Source: Callorhinchus milii
Taxonomy: Eukaryota
Length of the DNA stretch: 64,000 nucleotides
Assembly: GCF_018977255.1 (NCBI RefSeq)
Contig: NW_024704743.1
Location: forward strand, 17,982,001-18,046,000
Direction of reading: 5' to 3'
Positions 61,783 to 64,000 of the stretch are shown one piece after another. The translations under genes were made by a program, and so were the position numbers. How positions within the stretch are numbered: the stretch's first letter is position 1; each line of letters opens with the position of its first letter. The notes under the pieces were generated by a model. The model was not told where the DNA came from. It saw only the letters and a list, made by a program, of their open reading frames with translations, and made no database searches.

Positions 61783-61955
61783 TCAGTCTGATACATGCAG
61801 AAACCCATCTCCTTCAGGAGCTTAATGGTTGAAGACTCCAAAATGTGTGTTCAGGTGATGCTGAAGTTTAACCATCTAAAACCAAACAGCTTTCCTTTGA
61901 GAGCATTGTCCAGCAAGCTTTCCGCTGCTTGTCCAGGTAGGACCACTAAACCAAT
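61783..61955 (-). mobile_element. Poly(A) retroposon family, internally deleted copy
   Basis: tctgatacatgcagaaacccatc...gcaagctttccgctgcttgtccaggtaggaccac matches 2973-3000 and 3250-3285. Confidence 0.72.
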
Positions 61956-62404
61956 AAGAAACTGAGAGGCGAGAGGAATTTGAAGCAGTCTTGTATGAAC
62001 TGTTTTACACTGGAAGCTTGGTCCTGACTACACAATTAGATTGGGGCATGTTAGTGTATCGAGGGCCAAATGAATGAATAACATCTGTAGAAAATACCTC
62101 AGGAAAAATATTCAGTGCTGGCAATTTCCCCACTGATGTGCATTTAATATTTGTTCATGTCTGTTAATCATGAAGAGGATTTGCAGATTTCTTCTTTCTT
62201 TCTCTCAGCACCTGGGCTCATTCAGTGAAAGGTAGCAAGGTTATTAAAACGAATAGAAATTCTCTGTATATCAGGACTCTACAAACATAAAAGGCTACTT
62301 TCTCTAATCTGTGCATAGAAAGTTCTTCTTTCCTCCCATATTTTGGAAACAGGTGAAATAGTGTTCCTTAGTATACAGTGGTCATATTTATGATTCAAAT
62401 TATG

Positions 62405-63505
62405 GTTTGTCAAAGTAACAAATGACATCTTCTGTCTGTGCCAGGCCTCGCTCTGCCTCTTCGTCCTCCTGGACCTCTCCACTGTGTTTGACACAGTCAA
62501 CCACATCATCCTCCTCCACTGCCTCTCCTCCCTCATCCACCTTCATGGAACCGCACTCACATGGTTTGAGTCCAAGTTAACAAACTAATAATCTCGGCCA
62601 ATAGTTTTTCCTCTCGTCCCTGCCTGGTCACCTGGGGGGTACCCCAAGCTCAGTCCTTGGCCCCCTCCTCTTCCTCATCTACATGCTCCCTCTCGATAAT
62701 GTCATCCGCAGACATGGGGTCAACTTCCACAAGTATACAGATGACACAAAAAAATCTACTTCTCCTCCTCCAGTTCGCTGATGTTCTGTCAGCTTGTTTG
62801 ACAGACATAAAGGCCTGGATGAGCACAAATTTCCTGCAGCTGAACGCTCATGAGACAGAAGCCATACTCTTTAATTCCCGTCAATGTTTTCTATCCTGCG
62901 GTTCTGACCTCCTCACCCTCCTCGACGTCCTCGACACCCTCCCTGACGTCCTCGACACACTAAACCCATCCCCAGCTTCATATCCCGCACTGATCCCTGG
63001 CCAGAACTTGCACTTCTACCTCCACAACATTGCCTTGGCCAGGACCTCCACCACATTGTTGCCTCCATTCTTACCTCACTCCAAAAGCTGCCCAGACGCT
63101 CATCCATGCCTTCATCCCCTCCCACTTCGACTATCAAACACCCTCCTCGCTGGTCTTCCCTGCTCCACTGTTCACAAGATTCAATTAATACAAAACTCCA
63201 CCTCCCGCATTCTCAACCTCACTAAACTCCGGACCACTATTACCCCATTCCTTGTCAAACTCCTTGTCCCCTGGACCCTCCGTCCCACCATCAGCCAACG
63301 TGCTTTCAGCCACCTGAAGCTGTGGAACTCTCTCCTTCAATCACTTCGCTTTGCCCTCTCTCTCCACATTTTCAGATTGTGCTCTTCAACTGTGCCTGTG
63401 GTCATCTTCCCCCTGGCTCGGGATCAGGCGCCGCCACTGTTAAGCGCTTTGAGATGCTGTCTGGTGTGAAGGGCGCTATATAAATGCAAGTTATTATTGT
63501 TGTTG
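62405..63505 (+). mobile_element. L2-clade LINE (second tail subfamily), 5'-truncated
   Basis: [31 protein letters not shown]; tail gtgaagggcgctatataaatgcaagttattattgttgttg. Confidence 0.92.
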
Positions 63506-63509
63506 TGGT

Positions 63510-63705
63510 GGTGGGAGGTGCTATCCTTTAGATCATGTGTCTTGTCTGCCTGTTCAGATGGATTACACTATATGGAAAACAGAGTTTCACTAAAAAAAAA
63601 CCTCCAGAGGAATGAATCATTCAAATTGTAACTGTTTGTGGGACCTTCTGTGTGCAAATTGCTTATTATGTTTGCTACTATTACAGTCACTACACTTTAC
63701 AGTAA
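63510..63705 (+). mobile_element. Old DeuSINE-like fragment
   Basis: ggaggtgctatcctttagat...gtctgcctgttcagatgga...ctgtttgtgggaccttctgtgtgcaaattg. Confidence 0.65.
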
Positions 63706-64000
63706 CTAGATCTGACTTTGATCCATTTCAACTTTAGAGGCACTGTTAATTAATACCTATTGTCAGCTGAATTAGTCAAAGTACGGCTTGTCTCTGGTGG
63801 AAATGTTCAAAATTTAAATATGGAATACTGTGTAAGGATTTTACATTTCGATCTTGATGTCACACCATTTGATTCTTGACTGTAAATAACTGGGCAATCG
63901 GAACAAAGCAGACAGTTACTGCACGCTGCTTTCTAATTTCGCAACCAGGAAATACGCAGTGATTAAGTGAATACAGTCAATTCTCTTTACAGTATATTCT

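Noticed and set aside
3693..64000. Recurring gggacgtcctcc..acgtgaaa hairpin as a CRISPR-like repeat array
   Set aside because: Copies are dispersed on both strands at irregular spacing and always lie at L2 or SINE 3' ends.

Overview
Eukaryotic (vertebrate) genomic DNA. The repeat repertoire points to a cartilaginous fish, possibly a chimaera/elephant-shark-type genome; this is an inference from the repeats, not a database hit. The window is intronic or intergenic and dominated by decayed retroposons. It holds four long CR1-type LINE copies plus fragments, more than 15 L2-type LINE copies or tails in two tail subfamilies, and a young tRNA(Ala)-like SINE with long and short subfamilies that shares its 3' end with L2. 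It also holds many old DeuSINE (SacSINE1/AmnSINE1-like) copies and a second ancient SINE-like family. Almost all long ORFs are broken LINE ORF2 pieces or their antisense shadows. I found no intact, recognisable host gene, rRNA, true tRNA or CRISPR. The most unusual items are: (i) a ~240-bp palindromic element with a hammerhead-ribozyme-like core on each strand, of Penelope pLTR type (28972-29206, solo arm at 40690-40820); (ii) an unclassified poly(A)-tailed retroposon family with 8 copies and a conserved terminal GTCAG-loop-CTGAC hairpin, linked to a decayed RTE-group-like RT at ~49.9-50.8 kb; (iii) a hAT/Charlie-like MITE family with internal hairpins; (iv) multi-layer nested insertions that order these families in time; (v) low-confidence minus-strand exon candidates. 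Repeat boundaries were read by eye and are approximate unless junction sequences are quoted.
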